Origin: Rikenellaceae bacterium | Lineage (GTDB): Bacteria > Bacteroidota > Bacteroidia > Bacteroidales > Rikenellaceae | DNA: 64,000 nt | Direction of reading: 5' to 3' | Assembly (NCBI GenBank): GCA_047174325.1 | Contig: JBCQUE010000007.1 | Span: 6,059 to 70,058 of the forward strand | Shown: positions 40,941 to 49,944 of the stretch, one piece after another | Numbering within the stretch: the first letter of the stretch is position 1 | Layout: every line of letters begins with the position of its first letter | The notes under the pieces: model-generated | The model's input: the letters and a program-made list of their open reading frames with translations, nothing else | Told to the model about the DNA's origin: nothing | Database searches by the model: none | Program-made: the position numbers and the translations under genes

Positions 40941-43580
40941 ATGACAATAATATTTGAAATAAAGTATAGCGCCCTCAAAGGCGAGGAGCTATGGATCGAT
41001 GGAGATATAACGCTTAGGTTGGAACACATCGATGGCGAGCTATTTAGAGGTGAGTACGAGCTATCTGAAGAGGTGTGTGAGACGTTAAACAACAGAGCGT
41101 TAAACAACAGAGCGTTAAACAACAATACAACGAATAATAAAGCCCCGAATAACAGAGCGTTGCGATACAGTTATATAGTTCGCAGTGGGGGCAATATAAT
41201 CCGTCAAGAGGAGAGTGGAGTGGAGCATACACTGCTCTACAGCGACAACATCGAGCGTTGCTACCGCCGTGACTTTTGGTCGTGGGAACCACAGAGCCGA
41301 CCGCTCAATTCATCGCTATTCACCGATGCTGTCTTTCGCCGTGAGAACCCCGTTACGCTCACGGTTGAGCCACAGAGAACCATCATCGAGTGTCGAGTGC
41401 CCTCGATCAAACCCGATCAAGTGTTGGCGGTCGTTGGTGTCTCTAAGGAGTTGGGGCATTGGGACTGCAGCAATGCGCTTGTTATGAGTGATGGTGAGTT
41501 CCCGATTTGGCGAGCAGCGCTGCCGCTGGTTAAGGTGCACACCGATTATAAATATGTAATTCTCGATAGAGAGAGTGGCGAGGTTGTCGCTTGGGAAGAG
41601 GGTGAGAACCGTATCATTGAGCCTCGGCAGGTTAGCGGAGAGAGCTCCATATCGCTCGTCTCTGATTTGCCGCCACACTTCGATGTTGAGCCGTGGAGGG
41701 GTAGGGGTGTGTCGATTCCGATCTTCTCGCTACGCACCGAGCGAAGTATGGGCGTGGGTGACTTTGGCGACATTCGTAATATGGTTGACTGGGCGGTTGA
41801 TCGAGGTATGAGCGTGATTCAGATCTTGCCGATCAACGACACAACGATGGGCGGCACGTGGGAAGATTCCTATCCATATAACGCAAACTCGACCATTGCG
41901 CTGCACCCTCAATATTTAGCGCTGCGTGAGGTGGCGATGATCGAGGATAAGACAACTAGAGAGAGTTTCGAGAGGCGAGTAGCCGAGATTGATGCACTGC
42001 CTCAAATCGACTATACGGCGGTGAGTGCACTAAAGATGGAGTACCTAAGGATTGTGTTTGATCAGCAATTTACGTCGCTTAAGCGCAAGCGTTGCTACAC
42101 CTCATTTTTTAAGGCAAACAGCTGGTGGCTAGAGCCTTACGCACTATTCTCAGTGCTTAGAGACCGTTACTCAACGCCCGTTTTTGCAGAGTGGGGTAGT
42201 GATGCAACCTACAGCGACAGACTTCTAAAAAAGTATAAAAAGGGTGACACACTAAAAGAGATGGAGTTTTTCTATTTCGTTCAGTATCACCTTCACACAC
42301 AGCTACTTGCAGCGACCGATTACGCACGAAAGAGAGGCGTAGCACTCAAGGGTGATATTCCGATCGGAATTAGCCGCACGAGCGTTGATGCGTGGATCTA
42401 TCCCGAGCTATTCAATATGTCGAGCCAAGCTGGTGCACCGCCCGATCCATTCTCTGATTTGGGTCAAAATTGGGGTTTCCCGACATATAATTGGGGTCGT
42501 ATGGCTGAGGATGGCTTTGCGTGGTGGCGAGCTCGATTTGAGAAGATGGCTGACTATTTCGATGCCTATCGAATAGATCACATCCTTGGGTTCTTCCGAA
42601 TTTGGGAGATACCGATGGAGTCGATTCACGGGCTCACGGGGCGATTTAATCCATCGTTGCCGCTCTCGTTGGAGGAGATCGAGCGAGCAGGTTTCACGCT
42701 TACGGAGGCTCATCTAAAGCCTCGAATTTCAGACTTTACACTCAGTAAAATTTTCGGCAAAGATATTGACACTCAAAAACTTAAGGCTGATTATTTCAAC
42801 GAGAGCAGGGTAGGGACGTTTGAGTTTAAACCCGAATATGACACACAGCGCAAGATCTCGGCAGCGGTCACAGACACGGCTATTAAAGAGGGTCTAATGC
42901 TCCTGCACAACGAAGTGTTATTCATCGAGGATAGAGAGCTGTCGGGACATTATCACCCACGTATCCTTGGTGCAAAATCACTAAGTTACAGAGAGTTAAC
43001 AGAGTGGGGGCAGCAGAGTTTCGACCGCCTACACGATGACTTTTACTATCGTCGTCACAACGATTTTTGGCGAGATAGCGCAATGCGAAAGTTGCCAACA
43101 TTGACAGGCTCAACGAATATGTTGGTCTGTGGCGAGGATCTCGGAATGATACCCGATTGCGTAGAGGAGGTGATGCAGCGTGAGCAGATCTTGTCGCTAG
43201 AGATCGAACGAATGCCCAAGGCTACGGGGGTCGCCTTTGCCAACCCTACCGACTATCCATATCTCTCGGTCTGCACCTGCTCAACGCACGATATGACCAC
43301 AATCAGAGGGTGGTGGCGAGAGGATCGAGCCGTGACACAGCGCTACTTCAACGAGGCGCTAGGCTTAGAGGGCGAGGCACCAGCAGAGTGTAGCGGCGAG
43401 ATTGCACAGCGGATAATCGACCGCCACCTAAACTCACCATCGATGCTAACGATACTCCCGTGGCAAGATTGGATGGCGGCGGACGAGGAGCTCCGCAACC
43501 CCAACGTCGATGCAGAGAGAATAAACGTACCCGCCAACTCCCGCCACTACTGGCGATACAGAATGCACATCAAAATATAA
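40941..43580 (+). CDS. malQ: 4-alpha-glucanotransferase (GH77 with CBM20)
   Basis: WEEGENR (CBM20), KGDIPIG, GAPPD, RIDHILGFFRIW, GEDLG, THD. Confidence 0.95.
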   Translation: MTIIFEIKYSALKGEELWIDGDITLRLEHIDGELFRGEYELSEEVCETLNNRALNNRALNNNTTNNKAPNNRALRYSYIVRSGGNIIRQEESGVEHTLLYSDNIERCYRRDFWSWEPQSRPLNSSLFTDAVFRRENPVTLTVEPQRTIIECRVPSIKPDQVLAVVGVSKELGHWDCSNALVMSDGEFPIWRAALPLVKVHTDYKYVILDRESGEVVAWEEGENRIIEPRQVSGESSISLVSDLPPHFDVEPWRGRGVSIPIFSLRTERSMGVGDFGDIRNMVDWAVDRGMSVIQILPINDTTMGGTWEDSYPYNANSTIALHPQYLALREVAMIEDKTTRESFERRVAEIDALPQIDYTAVSALKMEYLRIVFDQQFTSLKRKRCYTSFFKANSWWLEPYALFSVLRDRYSTPVFAEWGSDATYSDRLLKKYKKGDTLKEMEFFYFVQYHLHTQLLAATDYARKRGVALKGDIPIGISRTSVDAWIYPELFNMSSQAGAPPDPFSDLGQNWGFPTYNWGRMAEDGFAWWRARFEKMADYFDAYRIDHILGFFRIWEIPMESIHGLTGRFNPSLPLSLEEIERAGFTLTEAHLKPRISDFTLSKIFGKDIDTQKLKADYFNESRVGTFEFKPEYDTQRKISAAVTDTAIKEGLMLLHNEVLFIEDRELSGHYHPRILGAKSLSYRELTEWGQQSFDRLHDDFYYRRHNDFWRDSAMRKLPTLTGSTNMLVCGEDLGMIPDCVEEVMQREQILSLEIERMPKATGVAFANPTDYPYLSVCTCSTHDMTTIRGWWREDRAVTQRYFNEALGLEGEAPAECSGEIAQRIIDRHLNSPSMLTILPWQDWMAADEELRNPNVDAERINVPANSRHYWRYRMHIKI
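41083..41162 (+). repeat. In-frame 15-bp repeat inside malQ
   Basis: cgttaaacaacagag x2 plus degenerate copies = LNNRA LNNRA LNNNT TNNKA PNNRA. Confidence 0.9.
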
Positions 43581-43587
43581 AAAGTTA

Positions 43588-43626
43588 CCCCGAAGATTTG
43601 ATTTTATCTTCGGGGTTTGTTTTTTG
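43588..43626. terminator. Terminator between malQ and the convergent gene
   Basis: accccgaagat..atcttcggggt then T-run. Confidence 0.8.
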
Positions 43627-43638
43627 TGAATCACCTCA

Positions 43639-44568
43639 TTAGCGGCTTTTCCATAGATACTTATGGCGACCGTAACTATTTTCGTATTCGCCCTTTAGCT
43701 TAGCTTTGCGGCGGCGATCTTTAACCTTAAATTTATCCTTGTCACGAGGGAAATCGAGCGGTGTTGTGTCGCTCTCAAAGGCGATTAGTTGCGCTGGATT
43801 CTCCTCGACAACGACAAAATAGTTATTCTCCACAACGATGTTTTCCGTCTGTGGCTGAGGCTTACGAATTGGCGTACGTGTCACCATCCGCTCCCACGTT
43901 GTGTAGACCACTTGAATCTCGACACAGCGCATCGGAGGCAGAATCTTGCTCACCATATAACTCCACGCTGTAGGCATCGCTCGCAATTTACTCTCGATCT
44001 GAGCATCGCTCATATCGCTCTCGATGAGCTTCATAACCTCACTCTTCATCGGGATTGATGAGCTCTCCACAGCGCTCTTTGTTGCGCTCCAGGGTTGCGC
44101 CACGCCCTTTGTTGTGCAGGGTATCTTCGCCATATCGGGATACTCCTTTTTGATGTAGCTGCAACAATCAGCCGCACGTTCATTGGCTAACCGCTCATTC
44201 ACCGCCATCGTTCCATCGGGCGAAGCGTAGCCTGTGATCTCGAACTTTGTGACCTCGTTCTGTTTGTCCGCCACCAACCCATCGATAAACGCACGAAGTT
44301 TGACCAGCTCCGTGTGGTTGTTATCATACGAAGAGATCAACCTCGAAAGGTTCACTTTGTACCTCACCGAGAACTCATTATTCTCGTTGTCAGTTGCGCT
44401 CTTCTTGACGAGCCACGTTGTAACACGATTGTTACCCTTCACGCAACTTGAAACCATCTTTGCATCGGGTGATGGTTTCGCCCCCTCTTGCCCTGTGTTG
44501 CAGCTCTGTGCCTGTGACTGAGCGCAAATGAGTAGGGCGATTGTCAATGTTGTAATAATTTTTTTCAC
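43639..44568 (-). CDS. Secreted protein with OmpA-like domain (DUF3868-associated type)
   Basis: Signal peptide; ITGYASPDG..NERLANERA OmpA-like motif; basic C-terminal tail. Confidence 0.7.
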   Translation of the reverse strand: MKKIITTLTIALLICAQSQAQSCNTGQEGAKPSPDAKMVSSCVKGNNRVTTWLVKKSATDNENNEFSVRYKVNLSRLISSYDNNHTELVKLRAFIDGLVADKQNEVTKFEITGYASPDGTMAVNERLANERAADCCSYIKKEYPDMAKIPCTTKGVAQPWSATKSAVESSSIPMKSEVMKLIESDMSDAQIESKLRAMPTAWSYMVSKILPPMRCVEIQVVYTTWERMVTRTPIRKPQPQTENIVVENNYFVVVEENPAQLIAFESDTTPLDFPRDKDKFKVKDRRRKAKLKGEYENSYGRHKYLWKSR

Positions 44569-44628
44569 GATTTGAATGTATTAATGTTTGTTATCACATC
44601 CAATCGCAACATTCATACCACACGACAC

Positions 44629-44662
44629 AAAAATTGCCCAAGGTCATTAAACCCTGAGCAAC
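44629..44662 (-). terminator. yajC terminator
   Basis: minus ttgctcaggg..ccttgggcaa ttttt. Confidence 0.65.
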
Positions 44663-44721
44663 TAAAATAGTTAAAACGATCGAGTTAGATTATCACCCAA
44701 CTCACGTTTCGTTGGCAGCAA

Positions 44722-45057
44722 TTACTTACCCTGTGCAGCCTGCTGAGCCTGAGCCTGAGCAGCATCTGCTACGACCATTGTCTTGTCGATACGAAGCGTT
44801 ACATTGCTGTCAACCTCGATAAGAAGAGTTGCCTCTTTCACCTCCTTAACAACGCCATAGATACCTCCAGCGGTAACGATCTTGTCACCCTTCTTAAGAC
44901 CCTCACGGAACTTCTGCATCGCTTTACGGCGCTTAGACTCTGGTCTCCACATAAACAACCAAAGAACCAAGATCATAAGACCGATCATAATGTAGGGGCT
45001 CATCTGCTGATACATTGTTGCCTCTGGAGCAACACCTGCTTGAAGTAGATTCATCAT
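44722..45057 (-). CDS. yajC: Preprotein translocase subunit YajC
   Basis: TM helix, RP, LKKGDKIVTAGGIYG. Confidence 0.95.
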   Translation of the reverse strand: MMNLLQAGVAPEATMYQQMSPYIMIGLMILVLWLFMWRPESKRRKAMQKFREGLKKGDKIVTAGGIYGVVKEVKEATLLIEVDSNVTLRIDKTMVVADAAQAQAQQAAQGK

Positions 45058-45123
45058 AACTTTTAAACTTTACTTTTTAATTAATATTTATTGTTTGCAA
45101 ATTCTCAAATAAACTAATAATTT

Positions 45124-45227
45124 ATAACTCACAACTCACAACTCACAACTTACAACTCATAACTCACAACTCACAACTCACAACTCATAACTCATAACTC
45201 ATAACTCATAACTTACAACTTACAACT
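45124..45227. repeat. Heptamer array (15 units) abutting the rluB stop
   Basis: a(c/t)aact(c/t) x15. Confidence 0.97.
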
Positions 45228-46671
45228 ACTCATAACGTCCCGACTTCAACCTCTCGACCTCAGCATCGGTGAGGAAACGCCACTGTCCACGCTTCAAGTT
45301 CTTCTTCGTAAGACCAGCATAATAGACCCTGTCGAGTTTCTGAACGCTGTAACCCAAGTGCTCAAAGATACGGCGAACGATACGGTTGCGACCCGAGTGG
45401 ATCTCGACACCAACTTCGCTCTTATCCTCTGATACATAAGAGATTGCATCGGCATAAACATCACCATCTTCGAGCGTGATACCCTGAGCGATTGAGTCCA
45501 TATCGGCACGTGTAAGGGGCTTATTTAGACCCACTTGATAGATCTTTTTCTTCTTGTGCGATGGGTGTGTGAGCTGCTTTGTAAGGTCGCCATCGTTAGT
45601 GAAAAGCAACAATCCAAGACTGTTTTTATCTAGTCGACCCACTGGATAGATACGCTCCGAGCAACCCTCACGCACCAAGTCCATCACGGTCTTATCAGCG
45701 TGTGGGTCGTCATTAGAGGTTACATAACCCTTTGGCTTATTGAGCACTAGGTAGACCTTCTTCTCACCCTGCACACGACTATCGTTGAACTTCACCTCAT
45801 CGGTTGGCTGTATCTTTGTTCCGAGCTCCGTCACCACTTGACCATTCACCGTAACCACTCCTGCCGAGATGTAGTCATCAGCCTCACGACGAGAGCACAA
45901 TCCCGATTGAGCTAGAAATCTATTCAAGCGAATCTCGCCTGTTTGGCGGTTCGGGTCATACTTTGGATAGTTGCCCTTCTCATCATCGTTGCGACGTGTG
46001 AATGGTTTGCGATCCCTTTGAAAAGGTTTGCGCTCTCCAAACTCCTTGCGCTCTCCGTAAGGTTTGCGATCGCCAAACTCCTTGCGCTCTCCGTAAGGTT
46101 TGCGATCGCCAAACTCCTTGCGCTCTCCGTAAGGTTTGCGCTCTCCAAACTCCTTACGCTCTCCGTAAGGTTTGCGCTCTCCAAACTCCTTACGCTCTCC
46201 GTAAGGTTTGCGCTCTCCAAACTCCTTGCGCTCTCCGTAAGGTTTGCGATCGCCAAACTCCTTACGCTCTCCGTAAGGCTTGTGATCGCCAAACTCCTTA
46301 CGCTCTCCGTAAGGCTTGTGATCGCCAAACTCCCTACGCTCTCCGTAAGGCTTGCGATCACCAAACTCTCTACGCTCGCCACGATCCGATGAACGACCAT
46401 CACCCGTTGGGCGGTTGTCCCTCGTGAAGTTCGGGTTGTACGAACGGCGCTCGCCACCACGCTCGCCACCACGCTCGCCACCATTGCCACCCCTCGAAAA
46501 TGAGGGGCGAGCCGAACGCTCACCACGCTGCGAGTAGTCCGAGTCGGCGGCATCACGCTGCGAACGAGGACGGCGCTCCTCATAGCGATTGTCGCTTGAT
46601 GCACCTCTCTTGTCTCGTCCAAAACGAGATAGATTCTTCTGTGCCGAGGAGTCTTTCTTGAAATCTCTCAT
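45226..46671 (-). CDS. rluB: 23S rRNA pseudouridine synthase (RluB-type) with long Arg/Gly-rich N-terminus
   Basis: S4 domain RLNRFLAQSGLCSRREAD, YPVGRLD, GRNRIVRR; ATG 46671 downstream of TATCTTTG box at minus 46730-46737. Confidence 0.9.
   Translation of the reverse strand: MRDFKKDSSAQKNLSRFGRDKRGASSDNRYEERRPRSQRDAADSDYSQRGERSARPSFSRGGNGGERGGERGGERRSYNPNFTRDNRPTGDGRSSDRGERREFGDRKPYGERREFGDHKPYGERKEFGDHKPYGERKEFGDRKPYGERKEFGERKPYGERKEFGERKPYGERKEFGERKPYGERKEFGDRKPYGERKEFGDRKPYGERKEFGERKPFQRDRKPFTRRNDDEKGNYPKYDPNRQTGEIRLNRFLAQSGLCSRREADDYISAGVVTVNGQVVTELGTKIQPTDEVKFNDSRVQGEKKVYLVLNKPKGYVTSNDDPHADKTVMDLVREGCSERIYPVGRLDKNSLGLLLFTNDGDLTKQLTHPSHKKKKIYQVGLNKPLTRADMDSIAQGITLEDGDVYADAISYVSEDKSEVGVEIHSGRNRIVRRIFEHLGYSVQKLDRVYYAGLTKKNLKRGQWRFLTDAEVERLKSGRYE
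46022..46381 (-). repeat. 36-bp coding repeat x10
   Basis: GER(K/R)EFG(D/E)(R/H)KPY x10 in the RluB N-terminus. Confidence 0.95.
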
Positions 46672-46885
46672 AAGATTATATAAGGTAAATTTAATAATTG
46701 TGCTGCTCACCTTGAGCCAAAACACGCCACAAAGATAGTAATTTTATTTTGAGTGCCAATAAACAACCCAAACAATTAGCTGATTGAGCGAGAAATAGAG
46801 CCTTCAGTGCTACATTTTTTAAAAATAACGTGATAAAGAGTGTAAATATTGCTAACTTTGTGGCTCGAAAAATATCGAACTGAAG

Positions 46886-48199
46886 ATGAACCGAGAGATT
46901 CTACGCATTGCGTTCCCAAACATAATATCAAATATAACCGTCCCTCTGATGGGTATCATCAGCACCGCAATCGCTGGACGCTGTGGCGCAGACTCAGCAT
47001 TCACCATTGGGCAGCTGGCGATCGGTGTCTCGATCTTCAATATGATCTATTGGAACTGCAGCTTCGTGAGGATGGGAACAAGTGGACTTACGGCACAGGC
47101 TTATGGTGCAGGGGACTTCGCTGAGACTACACGTATGCTGATTAGAGCGATCTCGATAGCGTTGATTTTGGGCGTTGTGATTATCCTCTTTCGTGAACCA
47201 ATTGCATATTGGGCTGTGGAGATTATGGGCGGTAGCGACTTGGCGCTGGAGTATGTGAGGGCTCGAAGTTGGGCAGTCCCTGCAGGTATCATCCTCTTCG
47301 CCACTCACGGCTGGTTTACGGGTATGCAGAATGGAACGTACTCGATGATTACCGCTGTGAGTGTCAATCTGTTACACGTGCTCTTTAGCCTCTACTTTGC
47401 GCTCCACTGCTCGATGGGTGTCGTGGGTATCGCCTACGCCTCGGTGGTGGCTCAATGGTTTGGTGTCGCTGTGGCTTTGGTGTTGCTCTACTTCAACTAT
47501 CGTGGCAAGTTGGTTGCCGTGAAGTTGAGCGAAACTTTCAGCGTCAATGCGATCGGTAACTTCTTCAGTATCAATGGCGACATCATCATCCGCACGTTCT
47601 GTATCGTCTGCACCTATACATTCTTCACACGTGCCTCGGCTCAGATGGGTAGCGATACGATCTTGGCGGTGAATGCTCTGCTGCTGCAGCTCTTCACCCT
47701 CTACTCATATATGACCGATGGTTTCGCCTACGCCGCTGAGGCGCTTACGGGTCGATTTGTTGGGGCACGTGATGGCGCATCGTTGCGCAGCGCTATCAAA
47801 CGTTGTGTTGTTTGGTCGACCGCTGTATCTATTGTATTTGTCGTTGTGTACCTAATTTTTTGGCAAGATCTATTGCGTGTTTTTGTCGGTAGTGAGGGCG
47901 ATGTAGAGCAGATTTTGCAGGTTGCTGGCGAGTATATTTGGTGGATTATTGTGATCCCGATAGCTGGCGCATTCCCATTCTTGATGGATGGCGTGATGGT
48001 GGGGGCGAGCTTCACAAAGACTATGCGCAACTCGATGATCGTCTCTACGGCTATCTACTTTGCGGTCTACTTCATATTCACGCCAATAATGGGCAACAAC
48101 GCCCTGTGGCTCGCTTTTTTGCTCTTTATGTTCCTGCGTGGTATGGTGCTCTACCTGATGACTGATCAGCTCAAAAAGATCTTTAGCATCTGTGATTAG
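46886..48199 (+). CDS. MATE family efflux transporter (DinF-like)
   Basis: AFPNIISNITVPLMG, RMGTSGLTAQAYG, DGFAYAAEALTG; TAACTTTG box at 46853-46860. Confidence 0.93.
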   Translation: MNREILRIAFPNIISNITVPLMGIISTAIAGRCGADSAFTIGQLAIGVSIFNMIYWNCSFVRMGTSGLTAQAYGAGDFAETTRMLIRAISIALILGVVIILFREPIAYWAVEIMGGSDLALEYVRARSWAVPAGIILFATHGWFTGMQNGTYSMITAVSVNLLHVLFSLYFALHCSMGVVGIAYASVVAQWFGVAVALVLLYFNYRGKLVAVKLSETFSVNAIGNFFSINGDIIIRTFCIVCTYTFFTRASAQMGSDTILAVNALLLQLFTLYSYMTDGFAYAAEALTGRFVGARDGASLRSAIKRCVVWSTAVSIVFVVVYLIFWQDLLRVFVGSEGDVEQILQVAGEYIWWIIVIPIAGAFPFLMDGVMVGASFTKTMRNSMIVSTAIYFAVYFIFTPIMGNNALWLAFLLFMFLRGMVLYLMTDQLKKIFSICD

Positions 48200-48316
48200 A
48201 GGCACAACACTAAAATAATGGGGTGATAATTGTGAATTTTTCGCAAGGTTTATATATATTTGTAGTCTGTAAGTAGTGTAAAACAATTATTGCCATACTT
48301 AAAATCAAGAATAACG

Positions 48317-48850
48317 ATGATATACAACGAACGAGAGGAGCGACATAACCACATCTTGGAGGTGGGTCGACAGATGATGACAGCGGCACGTACCGCACCC
48401 AAAGGCAAGGGGGTAGATATTATCGAGATCGCAATGGTCTCGGGCGATGAACTAAACACCTTGGCGGCAAAGATGGTGGAGATGGCGGAAGAGAGTGGGA
48501 TGAAGTTTTTGCTTCGTGATGCAGGCAATATGCTTGAGGCGGAGTGCGTTCTACTTGTCGGCACACGACAACTCATACACGCCCTCAATTGTGGACACTG
48601 CGGTTTTGCAACGTGTGGCGAGAAGCCAGCGGCAACACCTTGTGTAATCAATAGTATTGATGTAGGTATCGCCATCGGCTCGGCTTGCGCCACAGCGGCT
48701 GATCTGCGTGTAGATTCACGAGTGATGTTCTCGGCTGGATGGGCAGCAGAGAGGCTTGGATGGCTAGGGGAGGGGGTTCACCAGACAATGGCTATAGCGG
48801 TGTCAGCATCGAGCAAAAGTCCATTCTTCGACCGCAAACCAAAGCAGTAA
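48317..48850 (+). CDS. DUF2148 ferredoxin-like domain protein
   Basis: AARTAPKGKG, CGHCGFATC, DVGIAIGSA, SKSPFFDR; box at 48255-48262. Confidence 0.85.
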   Translation: MIYNEREERHNHILEVGRQMMTAARTAPKGKGVDIIEIAMVSGDELNTLAAKMVEMAEESGMKFLLRDAGNMLEAECVLLVGTRQLIHALNCGHCGFATCGEKPAATPCVINSIDVGIAIGSACATAADLRVDSRVMFSAGWAAERLGWLGEGVHQTMAIAVSASSKSPFFDRKPKQ

Positions 48851-48899
48851 ATTTATTCACAAACATAGATTAAAAATTATATAAACATAGATTAAAAAG

Positions 48900-49340
48900 A
48901 TGAAAAATTACGCAATTATCGAGACTGAGAAGGGAACAATGAAGGCTGAGCTATACACCGAAGAGACACCTATAGCGGTGAATAACTTCATCGACTTGGC
49001 GGAGCACAACTTCTATGACGGCTTGACTTTTCACCGAGTGATACCGAACTTTATGATCCAAGGTGGATGCCCAATCGGAAACGGAACAGGGGGGCCAGGT
49101 TACAAAATTAAGTGTGAGGTTACAGCGCCACGCCAGTATCACGATCGTGGAGTGATCTCAATGGCTCACGCTGGACGTGACACGGGTGGCTCACAGTTCT
49201 TTATTTGCCACGGACGTGAGAACACGCAGCACTTAGATGGTCACCATACCTGCTTTGGAAAGGTATTCGAGGGCGTTGATGTGATTGACGATATTCGTGG
49301 CGGCGACAAGATCATCTCGATCAAGATTGTCAAGGAGTAA
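48900..49340 (+). CDS. Cyclophilin-type peptidyl-prolyl isomerase
   Basis: FYDGLTFHRVIPNFMIQGG, SMAHAG, GSQFFI, LDGHHTCFG. Confidence 0.96.
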   Translation: MKNYAIIETEKGTMKAELYTEETPIAVNNFIDLAEHNFYDGLTFHRVIPNFMIQGGCPIGNGTGGPGYKIKCEVTAPRQYHDRGVISMAHAGRDTGGSQFFICHGRENTQHLDGHHTCFGKVFEGVDVIDDIRGGDKIISIKIVKE

Positions 49341-49348
49341 GCGGAGCA

Positions 49349-49588
49349 CAGCAATACTCAGCGCTACTCAGTATTACTGAGTAATACTCAGCGCTACTCA
49401 ATATTACTCAGCAATACTCAGCGCTACTCAGTATTACTCAGCAATACCCAGCGCTACTCAATATTACTCAGCAATACCCAACTCAGCGCTACTCAGTATT
49501 ACTCAGCAATACTCAGCGCTACTCAGTATTACTCAGCAATACCCAGCTCAAAGAAGCAATACCCAGCAGCAAATAGAGCTGCTGGGTA
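49349..49588. repeat. TACTCAG decamer array with 30-bp higher-order period and terminal hairpin
   Basis: (gcaatactca gcgctactca gtattactca)n, ~20 decamers; ends tacccagcagc-aaataga-gctgctgggta. Confidence 0.95.
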
Positions 49589-49684
49589 AAAATAAACATC
49601 ACCACCTCGTACACTCTTTTTAACATAATATAAATATTGCTGCAAAGTAAATGGGGTTGCAAAATTGCCTGAATCAAAAGCTTG

Positions 49685-49888
49685 CAACCATTCTTTGATT
49701 CAGGCAACTAATCTTTAAATCAACCATTCCTTGATTCAGGCAACTAATCTTTAAATCAACCATTCTTTGATTCAAGCAACTAATCTTTAAATCAACCATT
49801 CTTTGATTCAGGCAACTAATCTTTAAATCAACCATTCTTTGATTCAGGCAACTAATCTTTAAATCAACCGATCTTTAACTCAGTCAAC
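49685..49888. repeat. 36-bp tandem array x5 plus partial (no spacers)
   Basis: caaccattctttgattcaggcaactaatctttaaat at 49685, 49721, 49757, 49793, 49829. Confidence 0.95.
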
Positions 49889-49944
49889 AAATTTGCGTTC
49901 TCAACTTTTAACAACATTGTCGTTCGTGAGAACAACTTACCGCT

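Noticed and set aside
43540-43580. malQ as a truncated pseudogene
   Set aside because: The C-terminus looks slightly short (WRYRMHIKI-stop) but all catalytic motifs are intact and a terminator follows.
45924-46622. Overlapping alternative-frame ORFs in rluB
   Set aside because: Open frames follow from the 36-bp coding repeat lacking stops.
49685-49888. 36-bp repeats as a CRISPR array
   Set aside because: Units are head-to-tail with no unique spacers and there are no cas genes; the same applies to the 27-, 35- and 45-bp arrays.
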